NCBI GenBank assembly: GCA_017537405.1
Contig: JAFYKU010000056.1
Span: 1 to 40,666, forward strand
DNA: 40,666 nucleotides
Direction: 5' to 3'
Source of the DNA: Clostridia bacterium
GTDB taxonomy: Bacteria; Bacillota; Clostridia; Christensenellales; UBA1242
A program made the position numbers and the translations under genes. Within the stretch, counting starts at the first letter, position 1. Every line of letters starts with the position of its first letter. The notes below the pieces were generated by a model. The model had not been told where the DNA came from. It ran no database searches and saw only the letters and a program-made list of their open reading frames with translations. Below, piece after piece: positions 15,863 through 24,831 of the stretch.

Positions 15863-16417
15863 TTAATTATATATAATTTGAATTATTTTGTCGATTGTTT
15901 TTTCAAGATTATCGTTAATTATTACATAATCAAAGTGTTGTGCTTCTTTCATACATTCATCATAATCTTTCATCCGCGCTTCAATATCCGCCAAAGCATC
16001 ACCACGGCGGTGTAAACGCTGTTCTATTTCATTTTTATCCGCGGTAATAAAAATCGTTGTAACATTCTTAAAACGCGATTTAAGGGCATTTACGCCGATT
16101 AAATTACAATCTTTTAACGGAATCTTGTTTTCTGTAAATAAGTCTTGAATATATTTTTCACTCATACCGCGTTTTTCGCCATGGCGCATGGTGTATTCAA
16201 AAATATCACCGCTGGCCACCATTTGGTCAAATTCTTCGTTACTAACAAAATGGTAAGGATTACCTTGGCTTTCATGCGGACGCATCGCGCGTGTTGCTAC
16301 CGAAATTAATTTGGCAAAACGGTCTGGATATTTTTGGGTTAAAGTTTTAATAATGGTATCTTTACCAGCTCCACTAGGTCCTTCAATAACAACAATTTGT
16401 TGATTAAATTTTTCCAT
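15863..16417 (-). CDS. gmk: guanylate kinase
   Basis: The P-loop is GPSGAGKDT. Size and overall layout are typical of Gmk, including TRAMRPHESQGNPYHFV. Confidence 0.85.
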   Translation of the reverse strand: MEKFNQQIVVIEGPSGAGKDTIIKTLTQKYPDRFAKLISVATRAMRPHESQGNPYHFVSNEEFDQMVASGDIFEYTMRHGEKRGMSEKYIQDLFTENKIPLKDCNLIGVNALKSRFKNVTTIFITADKNEIEQRLHRRGDALADIEARMKDYDECMKEAQHFDYVIINDNLEKTIDKIIQIIYN

Positions 16418-16484
16418 AAATTATCTTATTATGGTTTTTGCTTTTCGTCAAACTAACAAGGAACCCACAATTTTATCCCTTTGA

Positions 16485-16515
16485 TAAAAAAAAGTAACCA
16501 TTATCCACGGTTACT
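16485..16515 (-). terminator. rho-independent terminator after glyQS
   Basis: The stem agtaacc (16493-16499) pairs with ggttact (16509-16515). On the minus strand a T8-9 run follows (the plus-strand A-run at 16485-16493). Confidence 0.7.
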
Positions 16516-16549
16516 TTCAAAAAACTCACCAACACACAACACAAGTTAT

Positions 16550-17968
16550 TTATAAAATATTTTTTTTCTTATTATAGGCTGTAAATATGTCAATAACTTT
16601 TATTGGTAAATCCGCGATACTTACACGGGTTTGTTCCATAGTATCACGGTCGCGAATAGTGACTGTTTGGTCGTTTAAAGTATCATAATCCACTGTAATA
16701 CAGAGTGGTGTGCCGATTTCGTCTTGGCGGCGGTAGCGTTTACCGATTGAACCAGCATCATCATAGGTAACATTGAATTGTTGTTGTAAATCGCGATATA
16801 GTTTGGTTGCTGTTTCGGTTAAACCTTTCTTTTGTAACGGTAAAACACAAATTTGATAAGGTGCTAAATTAGGATTTAATTTTAAAACAACACGCGTATC
16901 GCCGTCTGCCAAACTTTCGGTATGATAAGCATCGCACAAAATTGCCAAGAATAAGCGTTCCAAACCTTGTGAACTTTCAATTACAGTAGGAATGTATTTT
17001 TGGTTTGTGATAGGGTCCAAATATTCCATTGATTTCTTGGATAAGTTTTGGTGATTGGTTAAATCATGCACACCGCGGTGGTGGGTCCCGTTCAGTTCAC
17101 CCCAACCAAATGGAAAGTTGTATTCCATATCGCAAGCGGCCTTCGCGTAGAAAACTAATTTTTCGTGGTCGTGGAAACGCAAATTTTCCGCACGGATTCC
17201 TAAGGTATTATTTACAAAGTTCCAAATTTTTTGTTTGTATTTTTCGTAAAAAGCCATTGCATCATCGGCATGACAGAATAATTGGTGTTCCATTTGTTCA
17301 AATTCCACCGTACGGAAAATAAAATTACCGGGTGTAATTTCATTACGGAAAGCTTTACCAATTTGACCGATACCGAAAGGTACTTTCAAACGCATACTGC
17401 GTTGCACATTAACGAAGTTAATAAATTCGCTTTGCGCGGTTTCTGGACGCAAGAAAATTTGGTCGGTGTTGTTTTTGGTAACACCGCGGTGCGTTTCAAA
17501 CATTAAGTTAAATTGACGAATATTGGTCCAATTAAACTTTCCACATTTCGGACAAACTAATTTATGTTCGTTGATGTAAGCTTCTAAAGCTTCGTTCGTC
17601 CAACCGTCTGCGTTAATTTTATCGTCATGGCTTTCGATTAATTTATCCGCACGCGTACGGGTTTGACAGTCTTTACAATCCATTAATGGATCAGAAAAAC
17701 CGCTGACATGGCCACTAGCCACCCAAACATTACGGTTCATTAAAATTCCACCGTCTAAACCAACACTGTTATCATTGGTCGTTACAAATTCGCGCCACCA
17801 TAATTGTTTAATACGGTTCTTTAATTCCACACCTAACGGACCGTAATCCCATGTATTCGCTAAACCATCGTAAATATCCGAACCCGGAAAAACAAAACCG
17901 CGATTTTTACACATCGCGATAATGGTTTCAATCGAAACTTTTTCGTTATTTGTCGTTTGCATTTTCAC
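16550..17968 (-). CDS. glyQS: glycine--tRNA ligase (alpha2 homodimeric type)
   Basis: Motifs are RGFVFPGSDIYDGLANTWDYGPLGVELKNRIK and FRNEITPGNFIFRTVEFEQME. A C-terminal anticodon-binding domain is present. Confidence 0.9.
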   Translation of the reverse strand: MKMQTTNNEKVSIETIIAMCKNRGFVFPGSDIYDGLANTWDYGPLGVELKNRIKQLWWREFVTTNDNSVGLDGGILMNRNVWVASGHVSGFSDPLMDCKDCQTRTRADKLIESHDDKINADGWTNEALEAYINEHKLVCPKCGKFNWTNIRQFNLMFETHRGVTKNNTDQIFLRPETAQSEFINFVNVQRSMRLKVPFGIGQIGKAFRNEITPGNFIFRTVEFEQMEHQLFCHADDAMAFYEKYKQKIWNFVNNTLGIRAENLRFHDHEKLVFYAKAACDMEYNFPFGWGELNGTHHRGVHDLTNHQNLSKKSMEYLDPITNQKYIPTVIESSQGLERLFLAILCDAYHTESLADGDTRVVLKLNPNLAPYQICVLPLQKKGLTETATKLYRDLQQQFNVTYDDAGSIGKRYRRQDEIGTPLCITVDYDTLNDQTVTIRDRDTMEQTRVSIADLPIKVIDIFTAYNKKKNIL

Positions 17969-17971
17969 TCC

Positions 17972-19255
17972 TTATTTCTTTTTTAACACCGTAATGCCGT
18001 GCATGTATTTATGTAAAGCTACGGGAATGTTAACACTGCCATCGGCATTTTGATATTGTTCTAAAATTGCCGGAATTAAACGCGAAGTAGCTAACCCCGA
18101 ACCGTTTAAAGTGTGTAATAATACGGTTTTACCTTCCGCATCTTTGGTGCGAATATTGGCACGGCGTGCTTGGTAATCGGTGGCATTGGAAACCGAAGAA
18201 ACTTCTTTGTAACCTTTCATCGACGGAATAAAAACTTCCACATCGTAAGTCTTTGCCATACTTGCCGAGCAATCACCCGCCGCCAGAGCAGTGGTTTGGA
18301 AATGTAAACCTAAACCTTCCAATAATTTTTCTGCGTTGCGTAATAATTCATTGAATAAAGCTGGACTTTGTTCGGCAGCACTGTAAATAAACATTTCAAT
18401 CTTGTTGAATTGATAGCCACGAATCATACCGCGTTCATCAGTACGGTATGAACCAGCTTCTTTACGGTAACAAGGTGAATAGCTAAAATATTTAATTGGT
18501 AATTGTGTATGATTGATGATTTCATCGCGGTGTAAGTTTAACAAAGCTGTTTCCGCAGTTGGTAACAAAAATTTACTTTTCTTGGGGTCTTTGTCAAAGT
18601 TAGTGATAAAAACATCGTCCACAAATTTTGGGAATTGCCCAGCCGCATAACCACTGTCCCAGTTTAATAAATGTGGTGGCAATATAAATTTGTAACCATT
18701 GGCAATATGGAAATCGATAAAATAATTCAACAACGCCCATTCTAACATCGCGCCCGCGCCAGTATAAACCCAGCTCTTCGCTCCGCTTAATTTGGCACCG
18801 CGTTCGTAATCAATTAAACCTAAACTGGTTGCCAATGTTACATGATCTTTCCATTCAAAATCCAAGGCTGGTTTTTTACCAAAAGTAGTCACCACGCGGT
18901 TTTTTTCTTTACCGCCAGCCACAACTTCGGGTAGTGGAATATTCGGTAAAGCCGCCAAAGCATTAAAAATTTTTTCGTTAATCTTGGTTAATTCGGCATC
19001 ACCGTTCGCAATTTTGTCGCCAATCGCTTTCATTTCAGCAATTTGTTTGGTTGCGTCTTTGCCTTCTTTTTTTAACTTCGCAATCATTGCGCTGTTTTCG
19101 TTGCGTTTTTGACGGCGTGCTTCGTTGCGTTGGATTAAATTACGGCGAGAGTTATCCAATTCAATAACCGTACTAAAATCCACTTGGCAACCGCGTTTCG
19201 CCAATTGTTCTTGCACCCATTGTGGGTTACTACGAATTAAATTTATGTCGAGCAT
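17972..19255 (-). CDS. serS: serine--tRNA ligase
   Basis: MLDINLIRSNP... is the typical SerS N-terminus, so I take the ATG at 19255. The ORF-track start at 19291 is a TTG. The class II motifs include FRKEAGS-like CYRKEAGSY, and GSGLATSR is also present. Confidence 0.9.
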   Translation of the reverse strand: MLDINLIRSNPQWVQEQLAKRGCQVDFSTVIELDNSRRNLIQRNEARRQKRNENSAMIAKLKKEGKDATKQIAEMKAIGDKIANGDAELTKINEKIFNALAALPNIPLPEVVAGGKEKNRVVTTFGKKPALDFEWKDHVTLATSLGLIDYERGAKLSGAKSWVYTGAGAMLEWALLNYFIDFHIANGYKFILPPHLLNWDSGYAAGQFPKFVDDVFITNFDKDPKKSKFLLPTAETALLNLHRDEIINHTQLPIKYFSYSPCYRKEAGSYRTDERGMIRGYQFNKIEMFIYSAAEQSPALFNELLRNAEKLLEGLGLHFQTTALAAGDCSASMAKTYDVEVFIPSMKGYKEVSSVSNATDYQARRANIRTKDAEGKTVLLHTLNGSGLATSRLIPAILEQYQNADGSVNIPVALHKYMHGITVLKKK

Positions 19256-19304
19256 AAATTTATTATACAATAATTTAGGGGAGCTCGGCAAGGTATATCA
19301 CAAG

Positions 19305-20021
19305 TTATTCGGCGTCTTCAAATGGATTAAGTGTATCTTTTTTGGTCATAATTTGTTTTATTTCATCTTTTAAAGCTTCTTCATTAAAATGTGGGTGAAT
19401 ATTTGACCATGTATATTTGATTTTGTAATTAGGTGAAATTTCAAAAGTTTCAAATTGTAAGCCGTCCATATAAGCCAACATTTTAATGGTCGGTTTCATA
19501 AAGCGGCGACAACGCTCCGGTAAGTTATTAATATACTTTTCCGATAAAGTAAATTCGTATGGTTTACCTTTGTTGTCTTGTGTAATAATCAAAGCTTTTT
19601 TGAACTTGCTGACTTCGGTGTTAAAAATTGAGAGTTTCATTTGTTCAATTTGTTTTTGTTCGTTTTTGCTTAAAGACAACATCATAGTTGGTTTAATTTT
19701 CGCTAATTCTTCTTTAATTAAAGGGTCTAACGAATTATTACCAACTTCACTTGCAAAGCGTGCAGAAATATTGGGAAATAAACGGTCTACATCATCGGGT
19801 GCGAAGTCCGAGGAACGCACAACAACCTCGTGCATATTGCGAATTTTTTTGCGTAATTTTTCGACTTCGCGTTCCGTAATATCGTAAAAAAATAAATTGG
19901 TAAAAATATATGCTCTTTGCATGGAATTTTTAACCAAAGTTTGTGTTAACATACATGCCACAGTCCCTTCGTCATTGACGGAGAAACTGCGGTTAATGGC
20001 TTCGCTGCTTTGATAATTCAT
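19305..20021 (-). CDS. hypothetical protein translationally coupled to dnaN
   Basis: A TAATG stop/start overlap with dnaN lies at 20019-20023. I recognise no motif and see no Walker A, so it is not RecF. Confidence 0.6.
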   Translation of the reverse strand: MNYQSSEAINRSFSVNDEGTVACMLTQTLVKNSMQRAYIFTNLFFYDITEREVEKLRKKIRNMHEVVVRSSDFAPDDVDRLFPNISARFASEVGNNSLDPLIKEELAKIKPTMMLSLSKNEQKQIEQMKLSIFNTEVSKFKKALIITQDNKGKPYEFTLSEKYINNLPERCRRFMKPTIKMLAYMDGLQFETFEISPNYKIKYTWSNIHPHFNEEALKDEIKQIMTKKDTLNPFEDAE

Positions 20022-21127
20022 TAACCTAACCTCACTGGCAAGACTAAGAATAAATAATCACCGCGTTTTGCATTGGTAATTACACATGGTGCCAATGGGG
20101 TAGTAAATGATAATTTAACGAATTCATCGTCAATTGTGTTTAAAGCATCAAACATATATTTCGAATTGAAAGCAATTTTAATACTGGTCCCGTCTAAATT
20201 TGCCGGAACGCGTTCGTTAATTTGACCTTTGTCATTATTGGCGTAGAGTTCCAAACTTTTGTCGGCGGTGGTAATAGTTAACAAGTTAATTTTGTTGGAA
20301 CCGGATAACAAACCAGCACGACTCACCGAAGCCAATAATGGAGCTGTTTCGACAACCACATTACAGTTAAATTCGGTCGGAATAATTTGGCGGTAGTTAA
20401 CAAAATCGCCATCAATTAAACGCGAAGCAAAAACTGTGCTGCCCACAGCAATTTGCACAAATTTCTTTTCGACGATTAAGCCAATTTCTTCTTTATCATC
20501 GGTTAACATACGGCGCATTTCTTCCAAAGCACGGCAAGGAATAATCAATTTTGCCGAACCGGTTGGACGAATTAACGGTTTGGTTATGCGTGCCAAACGA
20601 TAGCCGTCCAAAGCCACAGCTGTAATTGTGTTATTGTTATTATCAACATCAAACAAAGCACCGCGTAAAACAGGACGCGCATTATCTTGTGCGGTAAATG
20701 GCGTTGTTTTGTTAATAATTTCGCGTAAGTCGCCACCTTTCAAGAAAAATAGTGGTTTAGCTTCTAAATTAATTAAATCAGGATATTCTTCAACAGGCAT
20801 GCAAGAGAAGTTACCATCATTGCCTTCACCGTGTTCAATCACAGCCGAAGTGTCGCTGCTGGTAAATGTAATTTGACCTTTGCCGATTTTGCTAATGTAT
20901 TCACAAAATAATTTACCGGGTAATAAAGCTGTTCCATCTTGTTTGACATCAGCGTGGATAGTTTTGCGAATATACAATTCTAAGTCCGTCGCAAAAAAAG
21001 TAACTGTATTACCTTCCGCCACAATTTTAATGCCTTCCAAAATTTGATTTACAGTCTTGCTGTTTGTGCCGTGCGCCACAATTGCAACTGCACTTTTTAA
21101 ATCTTCACCATCACAAATAAATTTCAT
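20021..21127 (-). CDS. dnaN: DNA polymerase III beta sliding clamp
   Basis: The N-terminus is MKFICDGEDLKSAV. The three-domain length (368 aa), the position next to dnaA and the end LPVRLG all fit DnaN. Confidence 0.9.
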   Translation of the reverse strand: MKFICDGEDLKSAVAIVAHGTNSKTVNQILEGIKIVAEGNTVTFFATDLELYIRKTIHADVKQDGTALLPGKLFCEYISKIGKGQITFTSSDTSAVIEHGEGNDGNFSCMPVEEYPDLINLEAKPLFFLKGGDLREIINKTTPFTAQDNARPVLRGALFDVDNNNNTITAVALDGYRLARITKPLIRPTGSAKLIIPCRALEEMRRMLTDDKEEIGLIVEKKFVQIAVGSTVFASRLIDGDFVNYRQIIPTEFNCNVVVETAPLLASVSRAGLLSGSNKINLLTITTADKSLELYANNDKGQINERVPANLDGTSIKIAFNSKYMFDALNTIDDEFVKLSFTTPLAPCVITNAKRGDYLFLVLPVRLG

Positions 21128-21159
21128 ACTTTAATTATAACGGAATTTCGGGGTAGTGT

Positions 21160-21591
21160 CTATTGCTTTAATTCAACAGAGAGTAAAAATTTTTCCCCAC
21201 TACAATGAAATTCAATCAAATTATTGGTAAAGTAAGCGTTTAATTGTGTCGCAACCGCATCATCGATATAAGTCGCACATTCGTCCAGATTGTGTAATTC
21301 TAAACGGTCTAACTCGGTACGATTTTCATCGCCGTAGCCATAATCATGTTGCGTAATGTAACGAATAGTCGCAATGTTTTGAATTTTGGCTTCCTTTTGT
21401 TCGGGTGGTAAAGTATCCCGTGCCACTTTGGGGGCAGTAATCACACCCACAGAGCCATCTGTTAAATGTACATATAAAGTGTTATTTTCGCGTTCCACCT
21501 TGTTTGTAATTTCAGTACGCATAATCGCTTGTAAAAAATCGATGACAAAAGCTGGATTGGTACTGTTGTGTACTTCTTGAGTTTTGTTCAT
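21160..21591 (-). CDS. hypothetical protein inserted between dnaA and dnaN
   Basis: This is a 143-aa ORF with no recognisable motif. A TATAAT lies 7 nt upstream of its ATG. Confidence 0.5.
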   Translation of the reverse strand: MNKTQEVHNSTNPAFVIDFLQAIMRTEITNKVERENNTLYVHLTDGSVGVITAPKVARDTLPPEQKEAKIQNIATIRYITQHDYGYGDENRTELDRLELHNLDECATYIDDAVATQLNAYFTNNLIEFHCSGEKFLLSVELKQ

Positions 21592-21663
21592 ACCTTTATT
21601 ATATCGGAAAAGGGTATCGCGACCAACCGAAATCGTTTTACAAAATTCGACAAATTTCGCACA

Positions 21664-21690
21664 TAAAAAATACCCGTGATTATGGGTATT
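21664..21690 (-). terminator. rho-independent terminator after dnaA
   Basis: The stem aataccc (21669-21675) pairs with gggtatt (21684-21690). On the minus strand a T-run follows (the plus-strand A-run at 21664-21668). Confidence 0.6.
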
Positions 21691-21717
21691 TCTTCTTATA
21701 TATGTATATATTAAGAG

Positions 21718-23127
21718 TTACTTTTCAAGTTGTTTTAAAATATCTTCAACCGCGGTTTTTAATTTATTGCCTTCCACACTCATTAAATTAGCAATCTTGT
21801 CACGCGAATAAATTACTGAAGCGTGCGTGCGACCGCCTAAGATTTCACCGATTTCGGTTAATGGTACATCTTTCAAGCGTTCGGTTAATAAGTAAGCTGT
21901 GACCATACGCGCATCGGCTAGTTTTTCGGTTCGGCGTTTACCGGTAATTTCGTCCGGCGTGACACTAAAATAAGCGGCGACTGTGGCAATCACGCGGGCA
22001 GCAGTATCACCAATGCGCGCATTTTCTTCGTCACCCGAATTATCTGCCAAAGCTGCGGCACAATCTTCGATAGTTGGAATCGTGTGTCCGTTAAGTTCAG
22101 CGTAAACAATAATCTTAATTAAGTGACCTTCCATATCGCGAATGTTTTCGTTGACTTTGTTGGAATATTCCGCAATGTAAGATGCAACTTCGTTAGACAA
22201 GAATTTATCTTCCAAAGCGGCCTTCTTTTGCAAAATCGCGGTACGCATTTCAATGTCTGGGTTGCGAATATCTTGGAAAATTCCACTCTTCAAACGCGAC
22301 TGCAAGCGTTCGGATAAGGTTGCAATTTCGTTGGGGTGGCGGTCACTGGTTAAAACAATTTGTCTTTGGTGTTCAAATAAGTCATTAAAAGTGTGGAAAA
22401 ATTCTTCTTGGGTGGCTTGCTTGCTGGCTAACTCTTGCACATCATCGATTAATAAGACATCCACATTGCGATACTTTTCACGGAAAGCTCCGAAATCACC
22501 TTTTTGTTTAATCACATTCACATAGTCATCGGTAAATTTTTCAATCGTCGTTAAAACTAAACGGGTAGCTGGACTATCTTCCAAAATTTGGTTGGCAATC
22601 GCGTTTAATAAGTGGGTTTTACCTAAACCCGAACGCCCATAAATAAAGAGCGGATTAATTTTTTTACCCGGGTGTTTGGCGACAAATTCGGCCATGGCTG
22701 CCACTTCTTGATTAGATTTTCCCACGATGAAATTGGTGAAAGTTTGTTGTGGGTTAATGTTGTTATTGTAAATAATTGGTTCAGCAACTGGAACTTCCGG
22801 TGCGGGGTTGTTGCGTGCGTCACGGCGTTCTTTTTCCACCGCATCAATAATTTCCACTTTTTCTACTAATGGCGCCACAGCTTTAATTGCGTAATCAATG
22901 TGGGGGAAGTGTCTTTCATTGCGCGCATAATTCGCGTCGCGGGTTGAAAGTGCGCTTAAAATAAAAGTTCCGTCTTCAAAAGCTTCGGGCATTAACGGTT
23001 GAATGTATAAATCAAAAGAGATACTGCTAACATTGTTTTCAATAATTGGTAAAGCTTGTTTCCAAATTTCATTCACATCCATGATTGGTATAGTAACACA
23101 TTTTTCATAATTTTGTAAATAAATCAT
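21718..23127 (-). CDS. dnaA: chromosomal replication initiator DnaA
   Basis: The AAA+ core carries [11 protein letters not shown] and LLIDDVQ. The C-terminal DNA-binding domain carries [22 protein letters not shown]. An alternative start is the ATG at 23082 (MDVNEIWKQ). Confidence 0.9.
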   Translation of the reverse strand: MIYLQNYEKCVTIPIMDVNEIWKQALPIIENNVSSISFDLYIQPLMPEAFEDGTFILSALSTRDANYARNERHFPHIDYAIKAVAPLVEKVEIIDAVEKERRDARNNPAPEVPVAEPIIYNNNINPQQTFTNFIVGKSNQEVAAMAEFVAKHPGKKINPLFIYGRSGLGKTHLLNAIANQILEDSPATRLVLTTIEKFTDDYVNVIKQKGDFGAFREKYRNVDVLLIDDVQELASKQATQEEFFHTFNDLFEHQRQIVLTSDRHPNEIATLSERLQSRLKSGIFQDIRNPDIEMRTAILQKKAALEDKFLSNEVASYIAEYSNKVNENIRDMEGHLIKIIVYAELNGHTIPTIEDCAAALADNSGDEENARIGDTAARVIATVAAYFSVTPDEITGKRRTEKLADARMVTAYLLTERLKDVPLTEIGEILGGRTHASVIYSRDKIANLMSVEGNKLKTAVEDILKQLEK

Positions 23128-23181
23128 TGCTTCATATATATATGTAAATGGAGAAGTCCGACAATTTTCGCAAAGTTAAGG

Positions 23182-23210
23182 TTGACGGCGGTGCTATGCT
23201 GTGATAGAAT
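23182..23210 (+). promoter_or_regulatory. sigma-70 promoter of rpmH-rnpA-yidC-jag
   Basis: The -35 is TTGACG (23182-23187). A 17-nt spacer precedes an extended -10 TGaTAGAAT (-10 at 23205-23210). The ATG lies 7 nt downstream. Confidence 0.65.
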
Positions 23211-23217
23211 AATCCTT

Positions 23218-23355
23218 ATGAAAAGAACTTGGCAACCTAGTAAAGTTAAGCGTCGTCGTACAGTAGGTTTTCGTAAGCGCATGAAAACCGCAGCTGGACG
23301 CAATGTTCTTCGCCGTCGTCGTGCACGCGGTCGTAAGCGTTTAACTACAAAATAA
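23218..23355 (+). CDS. rpmH: 50S ribosomal protein L34
   Basis: I translated it manually as [45 protein letters not shown] (45 aa). It is absent from the ORF track because it is short. Confidence 0.95.
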   Translation: MKRTWQPSKVKRRRTVGFRKRMKTAAGRNVLRRRRARGRKRLTTK

Positions 23356-23357
23356 TT

Positions 23358-23690
23358 ATGTTACCTTTAAGGTATCGCTTAAAGAAGCGCAAAACATTTA
23401 ACTATTTACACCAACACGGTAAACGCGTCAGCGGACAATATGTGCTGGTGTATTTTTGTGCTGCTACGAACTTAAAAGTGGGTTTTAGTGCCAGTAAAAA
23501 AGTGGGTAATAGTGTGATTCGTCACCGTTCAGTGCGTTTACTGCGTGAAGCCATGCGTCCGTTGTTAAAACGCGTCAATCTGCGTACTAATATGATTGTA
23601 GTTGCTAAACCCGAATTGCCACAACAGCATCTCTTATATATTACATTGGATTTGGAAAACACTTTGAAGAAAGCTGGACTTGTGGTATAA
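23358..23690 (+). CDS. rnpA: ribonuclease P protein component
   Basis: It lies directly after rpmH. It is basic and 110 aa long, with VGFSASKKVGNSVIRHRSVRLLRE. Confidence 0.85.
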   Translation: MLPLRYRLKKRKTFNYLHQHGKRVSGQYVLVYFCAATNLKVGFSASKKVGNSVIRHRSVRLLREAMRPLLKRVNLRTNMIVVAKPELPQQHLLYITLDLENTLKKAGLVV

Positions 23691-23700
23691 TCAATCTATT

Positions 23701-24831
23701 ATGAATATTCAGTTCCCCTCAGGTAGTGGCATTAAAGGTTTTGTTTACTGGTTACTCTCCCAAATTATGGATTGGGGTTGGGTTTCCTATGGTTTTGCCA
23801 TTATTTTCTTTACCATTTTTATTAAATTAATTTTGTCGCCGTTGGATTTCTTTAACCGCTTTTTTGCGCGTCGTACGCAAATTAAACAACAAGCATTGTC
23901 TGCCGAAATTGCTGATTTAGAAAAAATTTACAAAAATGACCCGCTGGGATTCACTCGCGCGCGTCAAGCTTTGTACCAAAAACACGGTGTCGGTGGTTTA
24001 GGCGGTTCCTTAATTTCTTTGGTAAGTGTAATTGTAACCATGGTTGTCTTCTTTCAAGTCATGGGTGCGTTAAATAATATTTCACACCACAATATGCACG
24101 CACAGTACGAACAACTGCAAGGTGTGTACCGCGAATATGTGGAAGATAAAGATGCAGCCAATTTGACCGACGATCAAAAAAACGAGTTAAGTGCATTATT
24201 AAACCAAAAATACCAAGAAACGAAAGTTTCATTTGGTTGGATTAAAAACATTTGGCAACCGGACAGTCCGATGGCCAGTGCGGGTATGTCAGTTGATGCT
24301 TACAACAAAAATCAATCCGAAGATAATCGTTTAACTACGGACGAACAAAAAGCTGAATATAACACGATTTACAGCTATATCGAAGTTACCGAAAAACCCA
24401 ATGGTTTCTTTCTTTTGGCGGTACTTTCTGCGGTGACGATTTTCTTATCTATGAAAGTTAATAGCATTATGCAAAAACGCAATGCACCACAAAAGAAAGC
24501 AGTGCAAAAGGAAGAGCCAATTATAACATACTCAATGCGTGATGCAAAACAACAAAACACTAATGAGCAACCCATGATAGATCCAGCACAAATGGGTAAA
24601 ATGATGATGTGGATGATGCCCATTGTTTATGTTTTGTTTGCGACTATGCAAACTTCGGCTTTTGCACTTTACATGATTGCGTCATCTTTGATTTCAACTG
24701 TGATTTCTGTTAGTTTCTCGTTTATCATTGATGCTATCTTAAAACGGATGAAAAAGCCGGATATTACTCATGATTTCGATGCGAAAATTATTAATCCGCA
24801 TGCGAAGTATTTCAAAGGAGGAAAAAAATGA
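23701..24831 (+). CDS. yidC: membrane protein insertase YidC/Oxa1 family
   Basis: Conserved synteny and multiple transmembrane segments support the call. IFFTIFIKLILSPLD is the typical YidC TM1 motif. I prefer the ATG at 23701 over the TTG at 23680. Confidence 0.8.
   Translation: MNIQFPSGSGIKGFVYWLLSQIMDWGWVSYGFAIIFFTIFIKLILSPLDFFNRFFARRTQIKQQALSAEIADLEKIYKNDPLGFTRARQALYQKHGVGGLGGSLISLVSVIVTMVVFFQVMGALNNISHHNMHAQYEQLQGVYREYVEDKDAANLTDDQKNELSALLNQKYQETKVSFGWIKNIWQPDSPMASAGMSVDAYNKNQSEDNRLTTDEQKAEYNTIYSYIEVTEKPNGFFLLAVLSAVTIFLSMKVNSIMQKRNAPQKKAVQKEEPIITYSMRDAKQQNTNEQPMIDPAQMGKMMMWMMPIVYVLFATMQTSAFALYMIASSLISTVISVSFSFIIDAILKRMKKPDITHDFDAKIINPHAKYFKGGKK

Noticed and set aside
16500-16509. A near-perfect DnaA box, TTATCCACg, lies between gmk and glyQS.
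   Set aside because: It forms the loop of the glyQS rho-independent terminator hairpin (agtaacc / ggttact). It is a single isolated copy far from dnaA, so it is most likely coincidental.
19256-19291. The ORF track gives a longer serS start at 19291.
   Set aside because: That start codon is a TTG. The canonical SerS N-terminus MLDINLIR begins at the ATG at 19255, which lies 6 nt after a TGTATAAT extended -10.
17969-19304. I considered T-box or other leader riboswitches upstream of serS, glyQS and leuS, as are common for Firmicutes aminoacyl-tRNA synthetase genes.
   Set aside because: The gaps are 3 nt between serS and glyQS, 22 nt between gyrA and leuS, and about 50 nt upstream of serS. None can accommodate a leader of about 200 nt.
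23680-23700. A TTG-initiated extension of yidC overlaps the rnpA 3' end.
   Set aside because: An in-frame ATG at 23701 gives a typical YidC N-terminus, and the TTG start has no support. This remains uncertain because neither start has a clear Shine-Dalgarno sequence.
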